Origin: Clostridia bacterium
Lineage (GTDB): Bacteria; Bacillota; Clostridia; UBA1381
Direction of reading: 5' to 3'
Length of the DNA: 64,000 nt
Assembly (NCBI GenBank): GCA_017443895.1
Contig: JAFSXU010000053.1
Coordinates: forward strand, 40,802 to 104,801
Position 1 is the stretch's first letter. Every line of letters starts with the position of its first letter. Positions 36,091-46,566 of the stretch are shown piece by piece. A program made the translations under genes and the position numbers. The notes beneath the pieces are model-generated. The model had not been told where the DNA came from and ran no database searches. It was given only the letters and a program-made list of their open reading frames with translations.

Positions 36091-37479
36091 ATGGAACGAT
36101 TTGACATTTCTAATTTAAAGCAAAACGATAGTATTCACTTTATCGGCATAGGCGGAATAAGCATGAGCGGACTTGCGCAGATTGCCATAAAGCTTGGATT
36201 TAAGGTTTCAGGCTCGGACTGGAACCAAACTCATATAACAAAGAATTTGGAAAGTAACGGTGCGGATATTGTATACGGCAAGGGGGCGTGTAACGAGAAA
36301 GGAATAAAGCGTGCAAGCCTTGTTGTGCACACCGCCGCCGCAAAGCCTGATAACCCCGAAATGGTTTTTGCAAGTGAGCTAAACAAGCACATTATTGACC
36401 GCGCGGAGTTTTTGGGTGCGATAATGAAAATGTATCAAAACTCAATAAATGTTGCAGGCACGCACGGCAAAACCACAACAACTTCAATGCTTGCACACGC
36501 TTTTATGTATCTTAGTCTTGACCCGACAATTTCAATAGGCGGTGAGCTTGATTTAATCGGCGGAAATATAAGAACGGGAGCGCATAAGTATTTTATAACA
36601 GAGGCTTGTGAGTATACAAACAGCTTTTTAAAGTTCTTCCCTACCATTGCGCTTATCACAAACATTGAGGAGGATCACCTTGATTTCTTCTCAGGACTTG
36701 ACGAGATAATTGAAAGCTTTAAAACCTTTGCAAATCTTACAAAGGGCAAGGGCACGGTAGTTGCAATGTGGGACGATAAGAATGTACAAAAGGCACTCAC
36801 AGATACCGACCTTGACATTAAAAAATACGGAATGGGTAAGGATTGTGATTATTATCCCGAAAATCTTAAATACAAGGCAGGTTATCCGCAGTTTGATGTA
36901 TATTCAGACGGCAAAAAGCTATGCCATATAGATCTAAATGTACCGGGTGAGCACAATGTTTTAAATGCGCTTGCAACCGTTGCGGTATGCGATATATTGG
37001 GACTTAACCTTGAGTTATCGGCAAAGGGAATTGAAACATTTAAGGGAACACACCGCCGTTTTGAGAAAAAGGGGTATATTAACAATGCAATCGTAATTGA
37101 CGATTATGCACACCACCCCACCGAGATTATGGCAACCCTAAAAGCGGCAAAGGCATTTCCACACAAAAGAATACGCTGTATTTTCCAGCCGCACACTTAT
37201 TCACGAACAAGAACGCTTTGGAACGATTTTGTAAAGGCATTTGATGAAAGTGATGAGCTTATCCTGACGCATATCTATCCTGCCCGTGAGGTATTTGACG
37301 GAGTAACAAAGCCTCAGGATTTAGCGGAGGATATTAAAAAGCGCGGCGTAAATGTAAAATACATTGAAGAATTTTCAGAAATTGCAAAATATATAAAGGA
37401 AACCGCAAAAGAGGGAGATATAATCTTTACCATGGGCGCAGGCGATGTTACTGAGATCGGGCCTATGATATTGGAATAA
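36091..37479 (+). CDS. murC: UDP-N-acetylmuramate--L-alanine ligase
   Basis: HFIGIGGISMSGLA, GTHGKTTTT and DDYAHHP motifs. Confidence 0.95.
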   Translation: MERFDISNLKQNDSIHFIGIGGISMSGLAQIAIKLGFKVSGSDWNQTHITKNLESNGADIVYGKGACNEKGIKRASLVVHTAAAKPDNPEMVFASELNKHIIDRAEFLGAIMKMYQNSINVAGTHGKTTTTSMLAHAFMYLSLDPTISIGGELDLIGGNIRTGAHKYFITEACEYTNSFLKFFPTIALITNIEEDHLDFFSGLDEIIESFKTFANLTKGKGTVVAMWDDKNVQKALTDTDLDIKKYGMGKDCDYYPENLKYKAGYPQFDVYSDGKKLCHIDLNVPGEHNVLNALATVAVCDILGLNLELSAKGIETFKGTHRRFEKKGYINNAIVIDDYAHHPTEIMATLKAAKAFPHKRIRCIFQPHTYSRTRTLWNDFVKAFDESDELILTHIYPAREVFDGVTKPQDLAEDIKKRGVNVKYIEEFSEIAKYIKETAKEGDIIFTMGAGDVTEIGPMILE

Positions 37480-37518
37480 AAGCTTTTATAAATCATTGTC
37501 AATTTAAGGTGATATGAT

Positions 37519-37863
37519 ATGAAAATATTGAGAATAGCTGTTTTGGCTATTATACTTGCATTTGTTCTGACTTGGCTTGGTTCAATCGCCATATGTGAAT
37601 ACAACACCAACAGGCATGGAGAATTTTTCAGAAATATCCAAATACACGACATCAGCGGTGAAAGATATTTACAAGACGAAAAAATCAAAGTTTTAAAATA
37701 TTCTTCTGACAGTGCCAAAGTATATGCCGTTTCTGAATACCAAAACGGTAGTGTGTATTATTTTAAATGCGACAGCGAAAATAATTGGAAGTTTGACTAT
37801 TCGGATACTATATGGTCAAAAAGCGGCAGTGCTGATAATTTTATATGGCCTTATATAAGATAA
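37519..37863 (+). CDS. membrane-anchored protein of unknown function
   Basis: N-terminal TM helix MKILRIAVLAIILAFVLTWLGSIAI. No family recognised. Confidence 0.5.
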   Translation: MKILRIAVLAIILAFVLTWLGSIAICEYNTNRHGEFFRNIQIHDISGERYLQDEKIKVLKYSSDSAKVYAVSEYQNGSVYYFKCDSENNWKFDYSDTIWSKSGSADNFIWPYIR

Positions 37864-37909
37864 ATCTCTTTTTATGTATTTACTATTTTATATTTATACC
37901 GGAGGACAC

Positions 37910-37957
37910 AAAAAATCCGCAAGCTATGGGTTATACCCTATGCTTTGCGGATTTTAT
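37910..37957. terminator. bidirectional terminator
   Basis: Stem AAAAATCCGCAAAGC/GCTTTGCGGATTTT-type long hairpin between convergent genes. Confidence 0.75.
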
Positions 37958-37959
37958 TA

Positions 37960-39726
37960 TTATCTGGTATATTTCTCTATGTACTTATCATAAACACGCA
38001 TATATTCATCGGATTTATTTTCATGCACAAGCTTTAAATGCTTATGCGGATCGAAATTAGCCGCTGAATTACTGTTCATCTGCTCAACTGCCAAGCTGAT
38101 ATTTGAACAGTATGCGCTTATTCTCTCAAGTGAGTTTACAATATCCAAGAACACGATACCTGTTTCATAGTTACATTCCCTATTTGACAAACGCTCCAGA
38201 TGCTCTGAACGGAGGTTATCCTCCAAATAATCAACCACATCTTCAAGCGGATGCACAGCAGATGCAAGCCGTACATCCTCCGCCTCAAATGCCTGAACGG
38301 TCATATCCATAAGCTTTTCAACAGCCTTATACATATTCACAAGCTGTTTCATGCCCTTTTCGGTTATCGGCGGAAGCTCTGTTAATCTGTCATACGACTT
38401 TGCTATGATATAGGCATGATCGCCAATTCGCTCGGCGTCGTTTATAACATGGAGCATTGTGGTTACCGCCGCACTGTCGGTATCGGTCATGGAACGGTCG
38501 GTAAGTCGCATAAGGTACTGCGTAATATCTGATTCGTACCTGTCAACAAGCGTTTCCTTTGCGTGTACCTCCTCGGCGCTGTAGCTTGCCTCACCTATCA
38601 GATTTTTATAGCACATATTAACACTCTCACGGGAGAGCATCATCATATTTACAATTTCACGCCTTGTCTGGTTAATGGCAAGGGTCGGAGTATTTAAAAG
38701 TCGTAAGTCCAAAGACAGACGGTATTCTTCGTCCTCTTCCTTTCCGTCGTCCTTTACAAGGAATACCACCAGCGAAACCAACGGCTTTGAGAGGGCTATC
38801 ATTATAAGTGAATTGAAAATATTAAATGCAATATGGAAGCCCGAAATATTAAACATAGTAGCAGGTAAGTTCCACAAATTCATCGGCAAATGCGGGCCTA
38901 AACCGCATACCCATAAGAGTATTGATGCAATCAGCATACCGCCTACCATAAAAAATGAATTTAATATTGCAGCTCTTTTTGAGTCCTTATTAGCGCCCAT
39001 TGACGACATCAGCGCCGCAACGCACGAGCCTACATTACAGCCCAAAACCATTGCCGCCGCCGTAGGAAACGATATTGCGCCCGTTATTGCCGCCGCCTGC
39101 AAAATACCTATTGATGCAGATGACGACTGGATAACTACCGTTAAGAGCAAGCCTACCAAAATGCCAAGCACAGGGTTTTTAAGGCTCTCCATAAACGGCT
39201 GGAACCATGGCAGTTCATTTAATCCGCTCATTGCACCGCTCATTGCGTCCATTCCCAAAAACAGTATGCCAAAGCCTGCAAGGATTGTTCCGATATTTAT
39301 TGCCTTATTTGTTTTTACAAACATTATAAGCACAATTCCTGCCGCCAGTGCAACAGGCGCTAAGGTTGACGGCTTAAAGAGCTGTAAAAACCAAAGACTG
39401 TCGCCTATCCCGTTTAAGGATACAATAACCGATGTTATCGTTGTTCCTATATGCGCGCCGAGCATTACGCCCACAGATTGCGAAAGCGTCATAAGCCCTG
39501 CATTTACAAAGCCGACGACCATTACAAGCGTTGCATTGGAGCTTTGAATAATCGCCGTAACAAGCGTTCCTACCAACAGTCCCTTAAACAAGCTACCCGT
39601 AAGGCGGTCAATTATCTGACCCATTTTCTTTCCTGCTACCTTTTCAAGACCGTCACCCATGGTATTCATACCATATAGGAACATCGCAAGACCGCCCAGA
39701 AGTGTTAAAATATTTACAAAACTCAT
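37960..39726 (-). CDS. Na/Pi cotransporter family protein with PhoU-like C-terminal domain
   Basis: Duplicated Na_Pi_cotrans motifs (IQSSNATL and VIQSSSASIG) plus a PhoU-like helical C-terminus. Confidence 0.88.
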   Translation of the reverse strand: MSFVNILTLLGGLAMFLYGMNTMGDGLEKVAGKKMGQIIDRLTGSLFKGLLVGTLVTAIIQSSNATLVMVVGFVNAGLMTLSQSVGVMLGAHIGTTITSVIVSLNGIGDSLWFLQLFKPSTLAPVALAAGIVLIMFVKTNKAINIGTILAGFGILFLGMDAMSGAMSGLNELPWFQPFMESLKNPVLGILVGLLLTVVIQSSSASIGILQAAAITGAISFPTAAAMVLGCNVGSCVAALMSSMGANKDSKRAAILNSFFMVGGMLIASILLWVCGLGPHLPMNLWNLPATMFNISGFHIAFNIFNSLIMIALSKPLVSLVVFLVKDDGKEEDEEYRLSLDLRLLNTPTLAINQTRREIVNMMMLSRESVNMCYKNLIGEASYSAEEVHAKETLVDRYESDITQYLMRLTDRSMTDTDSAAVTTMLHVINDAERIGDHAYIIAKSYDRLTELPPITEKGMKQLVNMYKAVEKLMDMTVQAFEAEDVRLASAVHPLEDVVDYLEDNLRSEHLERLSNRECNYETGIVFLDIVNSLERISAYCSNISLAVEQMNSNSAANFDPHKHLKLVHENKSDEYMRVYDKYIEKYTR

Positions 39727-39867
39727 TATGTATGTTCTCCTTTGTATAAGGATTTTTTGAAGAGCTATAATTTTTATAACTACAGCAATGTATAAAATAA
39801 TGTGAATGATGCTTATACAAGAAAAAACCTTCGTTTTTTCTTCAATAATTATTCATTATTCATTATC

Positions 39868-40512
39868 TTAATATCCAAGCGTCTCAGGTACCAAAACTAC
39901 CGTTATACGCTTCGGGAAATATGTTGAGCCCTCGCAGATACTTGTTACATTACAAACTCGTGGCTGAACTGTGCAGTTTGAACATTTTATATTATCGTCT
40001 GTTGCACATGGGGTTTTATGTGTAATTCGTCTTGCGTTCATGGGCGCAACCGACTTTGCACGCTTTATACCCTCTTCAACATTCTCAACTATCTTATTTG
40101 CTCCCGCAACGATTATTACCTTTTTAGGTCCGAAAACTATCTGTGATGTTCTGTTTCCCGTGCAGTCGATATTTACAAGCTGTCCCTGCATGGTAATTGC
40201 ATTTGTGCTTGATACAAACACATCTGCATAATAGCCCTCACGGTATTTATCAAGCATTTCCTCAAAGCTCTTTGTATTATATCTGTCGATAAAGTTATAT
40301 TTATCGCTTCTTATCTCATCCAATATTCCCGTTTCGTTTAAGGTTACGCTGCCGCCAACGGCAATCTTTGCGCCCTCGGGAATCATATCCATAACGATTT
40401 TTCTTGCCTCGTCCTTGTCCTTTGCAAAGATTGGATCGTATTGTCTTTCCTCAAGAACCTTCATGCAATCATAAATTCTTCTCTCATATGCCCATTTTTG
40501 TACTTTGTCCAT
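39868..40512 (-). CDS. LUD-domain (lactate-utilisation YkgG/LutC-like, DUF162) protein
   Basis: 214 aa with IAVGGSVTL, NAIT..GQLVNID.TGNR and a Cys-rich C-terminus. Confidence 0.75.
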   Translation of the reverse strand: MDKVQKWAYERRIYDCMKVLEERQYDPIFAKDKDEARKIVMDMIPEGAKIAVGGSVTLNETGILDEIRSDKYNFIDRYNTKSFEEMLDKYREGYYADVFVSSTNAITMQGQLVNIDCTGNRTSQIVFGPKKVIIVAGANKIVENVEEGIKRAKSVAPMNARRITHKTPCATDDNIKCSNCTVQPRVCNVTSICEGSTYFPKRITVVLVPETLGY

Positions 40513-40697
40513 TATAATTTACCGTCCTTTCAAAAATCTTATGAACGAAAACTGTCCATATTCTGCTATTATACATTTTACAACAAAATCAGAATAAAAT
40601 CTATAGTATTTTTAAAATTCGTATAATATTTTTAAAAAAAGCAAAAAAACCTCTAAAATCACGCCGATCTTAAAGGTTTTTTGCCGTTTGTATAGGT

Positions 40698-43600
40698 TTA
40701 TTTTATAATTTCTCTTATCTCTTGATGAGTACAGTTTAGTTTTAATGCCTCGTTTGCATATTTTTTTGCATTCTCCGTATCATTGAGTCCTAAATACCCA
40801 AGTGCCGCCATAAAGTTACAATGCACTTTATTATTCTTTGTCAAATCTCCCTCAAAGATTAAGAAATCGGGCAGTGATACGGCAAAATATTCAATGCTTA
40901 CAATATCGTTCATATGCTCATTTGCATAGTCAATAAATGCCTTAAATCTCTTGTTTGCCTCGTCCTTATTTCCAAGTTCGTATAGTGCCTTTGCAGAGTA
41001 ATACATCATCTGTGGCGGCTGGTCATTATAATACATTGCCGATGATAAATTAAACTCTCCCCTTGATGCCAATTTATATGCCTCTTCTTTCTTCTTCGCA
41101 TCGGTATAGAGGTTTCCAAGCATATAATAAATATCGCTATCCATATTTCCTATAAGCTTACCCTCGCCCAAGTTATGCGGATATGTAAGAGCCTTAACAA
41201 GATACTTGATTGCAGTTTCTTTATCTGCTGCCTTTGCCATATTCATAAGCGAAATTCTGTACTGCGCAGGAATCTTGCCTTCTCCGCCCTCCCATGGGTG
41301 GAAGTTATGGCTCATAATACGGTTATACGCATTTTCATATTCGCCGTTTAAATTAAGCAGGGTTATATACTCGGTATATAAATCGTCTCTCTTTTCTAAA
41401 AGTCCGCTGTTATTATTCATATTTGACAAGCGTTTATCAAGCGAGTAGTTAAGCGTTTTATACAGTTGGTCAAGCTCAAAGAATACCCTTGCATCGGTTT
41501 TGTCCATTGAAAATGCCTTCTCCATTGCCCATACCGCTTTTTCACTGTCATGGAGCTTGTTGTAATATACCAAGGACAGGTTTCTGTATACCGTCGGCAG
41601 GTTAATCTTATCCATACAGTTCTCCCAAAGTGTGAGAGATTTTTCCCATATACCCTTGTCATAGTAAAGACAGGCAAGGTAATATGCCGCATAATTACCG
41701 CCGTTATCAACAGCTTTTTTTAACACTGCAATATCCTCTAAACGGTTTGGGAAACAGTAAAGACTTGATGCCTCCTCAGCCTTCTGAAGCTCGGCTTTAT
41801 CATTACCGCACATAAACTTATAATAATGTACCATAGGCTCATCATTTGGTGCAAGCTCCAAAATCTTCAATGCCTCATCATAAAGATACGCATTCATATA
41901 TGAGATGGCAAGCTCTATATAGTTATGGTTATCACCGCGCATTATAGCCTTAAATTCATCAAGTCCCTTACCCGTCATTAAATAAAGCTCGTATGCGCTT
42001 GCATGGTCAAGTGCGTCTATCGTTCTTGTTTCCTTTGCAAAGGCAATTGCCTCATCTGTTTTACCCATAAGCCTTAAAAGTGCGGTTTTAAGCGCTCTTG
42101 CCTGCATATTATGAGCGCCCTTGACAAGTGATTTTTCAACAAATGAGAGCGCCTCGTTATAATCCTCACTAAGGCATGCAAGCTGATAAAATGCGCAGGA
42201 TTGCTGATTTCCGTCCCATACCGCCTTATAAAATGCGTCAAATGCCTTATCCTTGTTCCCCAACGCCTTTAAGCTAAGTCCAAGGTTATAATACGGCTCG
42301 CAGTCATAGGGGTTCGGGTTTTTCCATGTCGATGATTTTATCGCCTTTTCAAAATACGGTACGGACTCTTCAAACCTGCCACGGTTATACAAATATTTTC
42401 CGTAGCCGTTATTTAATCTTATATCGCCATCGTCCCTCTTTAAGCCCTCCAAATAATACGGCTCAGGCGAATATGTAGCATGGCGGTACTGTTCAAGATG
42501 TGTTGCGGCAAGGAAGAGTTTTTCGTTTGTAGGCACCTCCTCGGGTGACGGGAGTGCCTCGGCAGGCGACGGTATATCGTCTGCAAGCTCTTTTTCGGGC
42601 ACATAATAAAGGATTTCCTTACCGTCTTTTTGGGCGCTTAATTTTAACTTTGTTTTATCCACATCGGGGACAGGTAGCTCCTTTTCATATGACATATCGG
42701 GCTTTAACTTTACATTATCGGTATATATAACCTCGCCGTTATATGAAAGTGATAATGTGACATTGCCAAGCTCAACAGGAGAATACGCCCTTACATATGC
42801 CTTATCGCCCTCAATATCAAGTCCCACTGCAATATCTGTTGATGCGTTCTTTATCGCACCCACACCCTTATACGGCATAAAGTACTGCTTGAATGTTTTT
42901 TCTTCATACGGCTTTAAATATGTAAAATCGGGCTGGTTATCGGTAAACATACCTGTCATAAGCTCAATATACGGACCGTTTTCATCTGTTAAGTTTCTGT
43001 CCCATGCCTTGCCGAAATCGCCGTTACCCCATGTCCACTGCTTTTTACCCGGCGATACATGGTGGTCTGCAATGTGCAAAAGTCCTGCTCGCTTCCCATA
43101 GTCATAGTTTCCGATAAAGTTATAGTCTGAATGGTATGCCATATACGATGTAGGAACAGGGATATTTTTGTATCTTGAAATATCCGTACCCGGAGCATAG
43201 TCCATTTTATAATACACGCCGTCTGCAATAGGGAATTTTGAAACATCACGCTTGCCGTGATCCATTACGGCGTGGACATCGGGTGGAAAAATTGACTGTG
43301 TGTTATCATTTACCGCAACGGCAGGATTTGCCCACCATAAAAATGTCTGCGGCCGGTCGGTTGGGTTATATACCTGACCTGTAATTTCAACATATGCACG
43401 GTCGGGGTATACCGTAAAGCCTGCCATACCCTTTGTATGGAACATCTTTTCCGTCTCGCCCACCCATACTGTTTTTGAACCGTCATCATTTTCGCATACA
43501 GTATAGTCAACAGGGTCAAATGTTGACGGGCGGTGGTGCTGCGGCCAGTTAAACTCAATTCCGCCCGAAATCCAAGGCCCTGCAAGGCCTACCAATGCAG

Positions 43601-43901
43601 GCTTTATTACCTCGTTATAGTAAACCGCATCATAGCCGTTTGTTTTATCGTAGAGTCTTTGGATTTTTCCGCCTATTTCGGGTAAAATCATTACAAGGAT
43701 ATAATCGTTCTCCAAAATTATTGCATTATATTCCTTATCCGTTTTTGTGTCCGATACACCCTCGCATACAGGGTGCGGATAAACCCGTCCCGATGAACCC
43801 TGATATACCCTCTTTTCCAAAAACATTGGATTTTTGTCATACTCTGAAATCTCATATGTAGGTATTGTTATTTTCTCCTGCCTTAAAATTACCTCGCCCA
43901 T
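40698..43901 (-). CDS. DUF5107 (aldose-epimerase-like) domain protein with long TPR C-terminal region
   Basis: N-terminus ...IPTYEISEYDKNPMFLEKRVYQGSSGRVYP is typical of DUF5107 (from memory). The C-terminal ~550 aa is TPR-like. Confidence 0.7.
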   Translation of the reverse strand: MGEVILRQEKITIPTYEISEYDKNPMFLEKRVYQGSSGRVYPHPVCEGVSDTKTDKEYNAIILENDYILVMILPEIGGKIQRLYDKTNGYDAVYYNEVIKPALVGLAGPWISGGIEFNWPQHHRPSTFDPVDYTVCENDDGSKTVWVGETEKMFHTKGMAGFTVYPDRAYVEITGQVYNPTDRPQTFLWWANPAVAVNDNTQSIFPPDVHAVMDHGKRDVSKFPIADGVYYKMDYAPGTDISRYKNIPVPTSYMAYHSDYNFIGNYDYGKRAGLLHIADHHVSPGKKQWTWGNGDFGKAWDRNLTDENGPYIELMTGMFTDNQPDFTYLKPYEEKTFKQYFMPYKGVGAIKNASTDIAVGLDIEGDKAYVRAYSPVELGNVTLSLSYNGEVIYTDNVKLKPDMSYEKELPVPDVDKTKLKLSAQKDGKEILYYVPEKELADDIPSPAEALPSPEEVPTNEKLFLAATHLEQYRHATYSPEPYYLEGLKRDDGDIRLNNGYGKYLYNRGRFEESVPYFEKAIKSSTWKNPNPYDCEPYYNLGLSLKALGNKDKAFDAFYKAVWDGNQQSCAFYQLACLSEDYNEALSFVEKSLVKGAHNMQARALKTALLRLMGKTDEAIAFAKETRTIDALDHASAYELYLMTGKGLDEFKAIMRGDNHNYIELAISYMNAYLYDEALKILELAPNDEPMVHYYKFMCGNDKAELQKAEEASSLYCFPNRLEDIAVLKKAVDNGGNYAAYYLACLYYDKGIWEKSLTLWENCMDKINLPTVYRNLSLVYYNKLHDSEKAVWAMEKAFSMDKTDARVFFELDQLYKTLNYSLDKRLSNMNNNSGLLEKRDDLYTEYITLLNLNGEYENAYNRIMSHNFHPWEGGEGKIPAQYRISLMNMAKAADKETAIKYLVKALTYPHNLGEGKLIGNMDSDIYYMLGNLYTDAKKKEEAYKLASRGEFNLSSAMYYNDQPPQMMYYSAKALYELGNKDEANKRFKAFIDYANEHMNDIVSIEYFAVSLPDFLIFEGDLTKNNKVHCNFMAALGYLGLNDTENAKKYANEALKLNCTHQEIREIIK

Positions 43902-44044
43902 AACATTTAAACTCCTTAAAATTTATTTGATAATCACAGTATATACCAATCCCGATTTTTTGCACTAAACATTATTGCCATAAAATACAAAATTATTGCT
44001 TTTTATAATCTATTGTTGTATAATGGGTATGAGGTGATATATCA

Positions 44045-44905
44045 ATGGGTAAATATGACGAGTTGATTGACGACAGTTCAATATGGTTAAGCGCTACTCC
44101 CACACAGCTTACAACCACACTGCCCTTCTATATAAGCGAGGTCGGGCATTTTATTGCCGAGGAGGGATATGAGGTTATACGGAATACTCATAATAGTTTT
44201 TTATTGCTTTTTACAAAGTCAGGCATGGGAACAGTTATATCCGAGGATATGCCATTCGTTTTGGAAAAGGGCAATGCAATTATAATTGATTGCCATACTC
44301 CGCACAGGTATTTTTCCGTAGGCGAGGGCTGGGAATTTTACTGGGTGCATTTTAACGGTGCAATGGCAAAGGATATGTTTAGCATACTATACCCTGACAA
44401 CATTAGTGCCGTTAATATAAATGACGGTGTGGCTATGCTTGAAATTATAAACGGGTTATTGGAGCTTGCAGGGCAAAATGATATTTCGGGAAGTCTTAAA
44501 ATTTCGCTTGGTATTCATAATATATTTAATATTATGGTAAGCTCATTGCTTGAAGGCGAGCAGGTGCGCCATAACGGCAGGTATTATGAATACATTCAAA
44601 ATGCTGTTGATTTTATCCACAAAAACTATGACAAAAACATCACCATTGACGATATAATTGACGAGCTTCACATATCAAAATTTCATTTTATACGGCTATT
44701 TAAGCGGACTATGGGTACAACGCCGTATAATTACATTATGGCATACAGAATAAACACATCAAAAATGCTTTTAAGAAGTACCGACAAGCCTGTAAGCGAA
44801 ATTGCCGAGCTTTGCGGATTTTTGGACTCAAGTAACTTTATAAGGCAGTTTAAAAAGCACTGTAACCAAAAACCTACCGCATACAGACACGATTTTTCAC
44901 TTTAA
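44045..44905 (+). CDS. AraC family transcriptional regulator (cupin sensor plus HTH)
   Basis: C-terminal double HTH ...ELHISKFHFIRLFKRTMGTTPYNYIMAYRINTSKMLL... Confidence 0.9.
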   Translation: MGKYDELIDDSSIWLSATPTQLTTTLPFYISEVGHFIAEEGYEVIRNTHNSFLLLFTKSGMGTVISEDMPFVLEKGNAIIIDCHTPHRYFSVGEGWEFYWVHFNGAMAKDMFSILYPDNISAVNINDGVAMLEIINGLLELAGQNDISGSLKISLGIHNIFNIMVSSLLEGEQVRHNGRYYEYIQNAVDFIHKNYDKNITIDDIIDELHISKFHFIRLFKRTMGTTPYNYIMAYRINTSKMLLRSTDKPVSEIAELCGFLDSSNFIRQFKKHCNQKPTAYRHDFSL

Positions 44906-44976
44906 AATAAGTCATTGACTATATATAAAAAGTAATGGTATAATGTATCGGTATAAAAATTATCAGGAGGCAGGAT

Positions 44977-46287
44977 ATGTGGGCATATGAAAGTGTATTT
45001 TATCAGATATATCCGTTAGGATTTTGCGGTGCGCCGTTTGAAAATGACGGTATAGAAGAACACAGGATTTTAAAGGTTTTGGACTGGTCCAACCATATAC
45101 AGAACTTAGGCGCAAATGCGGTATATTTTTCGCCTGTGCTTGAGTCGGACACTCACGGCTACAATACCCGTGATTATAAGAAAATCGACTGCCGTTTAGG
45201 TACAAACGAGGATTTTAAGGCGGTTGTAGATGATTTTCACAAAAAAGGTATAAAGGTAGTGTTAGACGGTGTGTTTAACCATGTTGGAAGAGGATTTTGG
45301 GCATTTTTGGATGTACTTAAAAACCGTGAAAATTCGCCGTATAGAAACTGGTTCTATCTTGATTTTAACGGCAATTCTCCCTACAATGACGGACTTTATT
45401 ACGAGGGCTGGGAAGGAAATTATGATTTGGTAAAACTAAACCTTGGCTGTGAAGAGGCGGTTTTGCATGTTTTAGAGGCTGTCAAGTTCTGGATAGACGA
45501 GTTTGACATTGACGGAATACGGCTTGATGTTGCATATTGTCTGAGCCATGAGTTTTTAAGGCGATTAAGAGCATATACAGACAGTCTAAAGCCTGATTTC
45601 TTCCTTGTGGGCGAGCTTTTACACGGCGACTATGCACAGTATGTAAACGATAGTGAGCTTCATTCCTGCACAAACTACCAGTGCTATAAGGGTGTATATT
45701 CAAGCTTTAATTCTATGAATATGTTTGAAATAATCCACTCAATATTGAGGTTTTTCGGCCCTGAGCAGTGGACAACGCTAAAGGGAAAGCATTTGCTTAA
45801 TTTTGTTGACAACCATGATGTAACAAGGATTGCAAGTATTTTGACAAATCCGCGCCATCTTCCGCTTGTATATGCAATGATTTTCGGTATGCCTGGTATT
45901 CCATGCGTGTATTACGGAAGTGAATGGGGCGAAAAAGCAGAAAAATCACAGGGCGATCCTGCACTCCGCCCCTGTCCCGAAACTCCTATTGTAAACGAGC
46001 TTACGGAATATATTTCCAAATTAGCTTTGGCACATAAAAACTCAAATGCTCTTTGCTACGGAGATTTCAGGACTGTGGTATTACAAAACAAGCACTGTAT
46101 TTTTGAGAGAAAAACCGATACGGAACGGGTTTTGGTTGCTATAAATGCAGATGATAATGAGGTTACCTGTCACTTTGATGCAGGCTGCGGAACAGCCGTT
46201 GATTTAATAACGGGCAATGTCCATGATTTTGGCGGTGGCTCTACCCTGCCGCCGTACAGTGCACAATTCTGGGAAATGGAAAAATAA
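44977..46287 (+). CDS. GH13 alpha-amylase family glycoside hydrolase (intracellular; no signal peptide)
   Basis: GH13 regions DGVFNHVG, GIRLDVAY, VGELLHGD, FVDNHD. Confidence 0.9.
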   Translation: MWAYESVFYQIYPLGFCGAPFENDGIEEHRILKVLDWSNHIQNLGANAVYFSPVLESDTHGYNTRDYKKIDCRLGTNEDFKAVVDDFHKKGIKVVLDGVFNHVGRGFWAFLDVLKNRENSPYRNWFYLDFNGNSPYNDGLYYEGWEGNYDLVKLNLGCEEAVLHVLEAVKFWIDEFDIDGIRLDVAYCLSHEFLRRLRAYTDSLKPDFFLVGELLHGDYAQYVNDSELHSCTNYQCYKGVYSSFNSMNMFEIIHSILRFFGPEQWTTLKGKHLLNFVDNHDVTRIASILTNPRHLPLVYAMIFGMPGIPCVYYGSEWGEKAEKSQGDPALRPCPETPIVNELTEYISKLALAHKNSNALCYGDFRTVVLQNKHCIFERKTDTERVLVAINADDNEVTCHFDAGCGTAVDLITGNVHDFGGGSTLPPYSAQFWEMEK

Positions 46288-46335
46288 AGTGGTCTGTTGC
46301 CTTTAAATTTTCATTTTAATTATTCTACGACACAG

Positions 46336-46370
46336 GAGGCTGTTTCATTATGAAACAGCCTCTGATTTTT
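46336..46370 (+). terminator. intrinsic terminator of the GH13 gene
   Basis: Stem GAGGCTGTTTCA/TGAAACAGCCTC followed by a T-run. Confidence 0.8.
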
Positions 46371-46391
46371 ATATATTTTTTTATTTTAGAT

Positions 46392-46550
46392 ATAAATTTT
46401 GGTTTAGCGTACCAATGCGAAATCGTAAATTGGTATGATTGTAGGGTTGGGGCTTGCTCCAACCGCATCTCTGATACCGTGAACAACGGCAGGAGCAAGC
46501 CCCTGCCCTACAAATTGTGATACCCATTTACGCATATAAACCCAAATTTA
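46392..46550. repeat. MITE/REP-like palindromic element, copy 3 (159 bp)
   Basis: ATAAATTTTGGTTTAGCG...GTAGGGTTGGGGCTTGCTCCAACC...GGCAGGAGCAAGCCCCTGCCCTAC...AAACCCAAATTTA. Confidence 0.85.
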
Positions 46551-46566
46551 ACGGTGGCAATGCCTT

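Noticed and set aside
38675-39547. Long antisense ORFs: 290 aa here, 202 aa at 4614..5222, 191 aa at 52843..53418, 142 aa at 28741..29169, and many others in the track.
   Set aside because: Each lies opposite a gene with clear family motifs and lacks an RBS. Their compositions are low-complexity Ser/Pro/Ile-rich, typical of shadow frames. At 52843..53418 the plus-strand product carries the Gx-transporter motif, so the minus ORF is the shadow.
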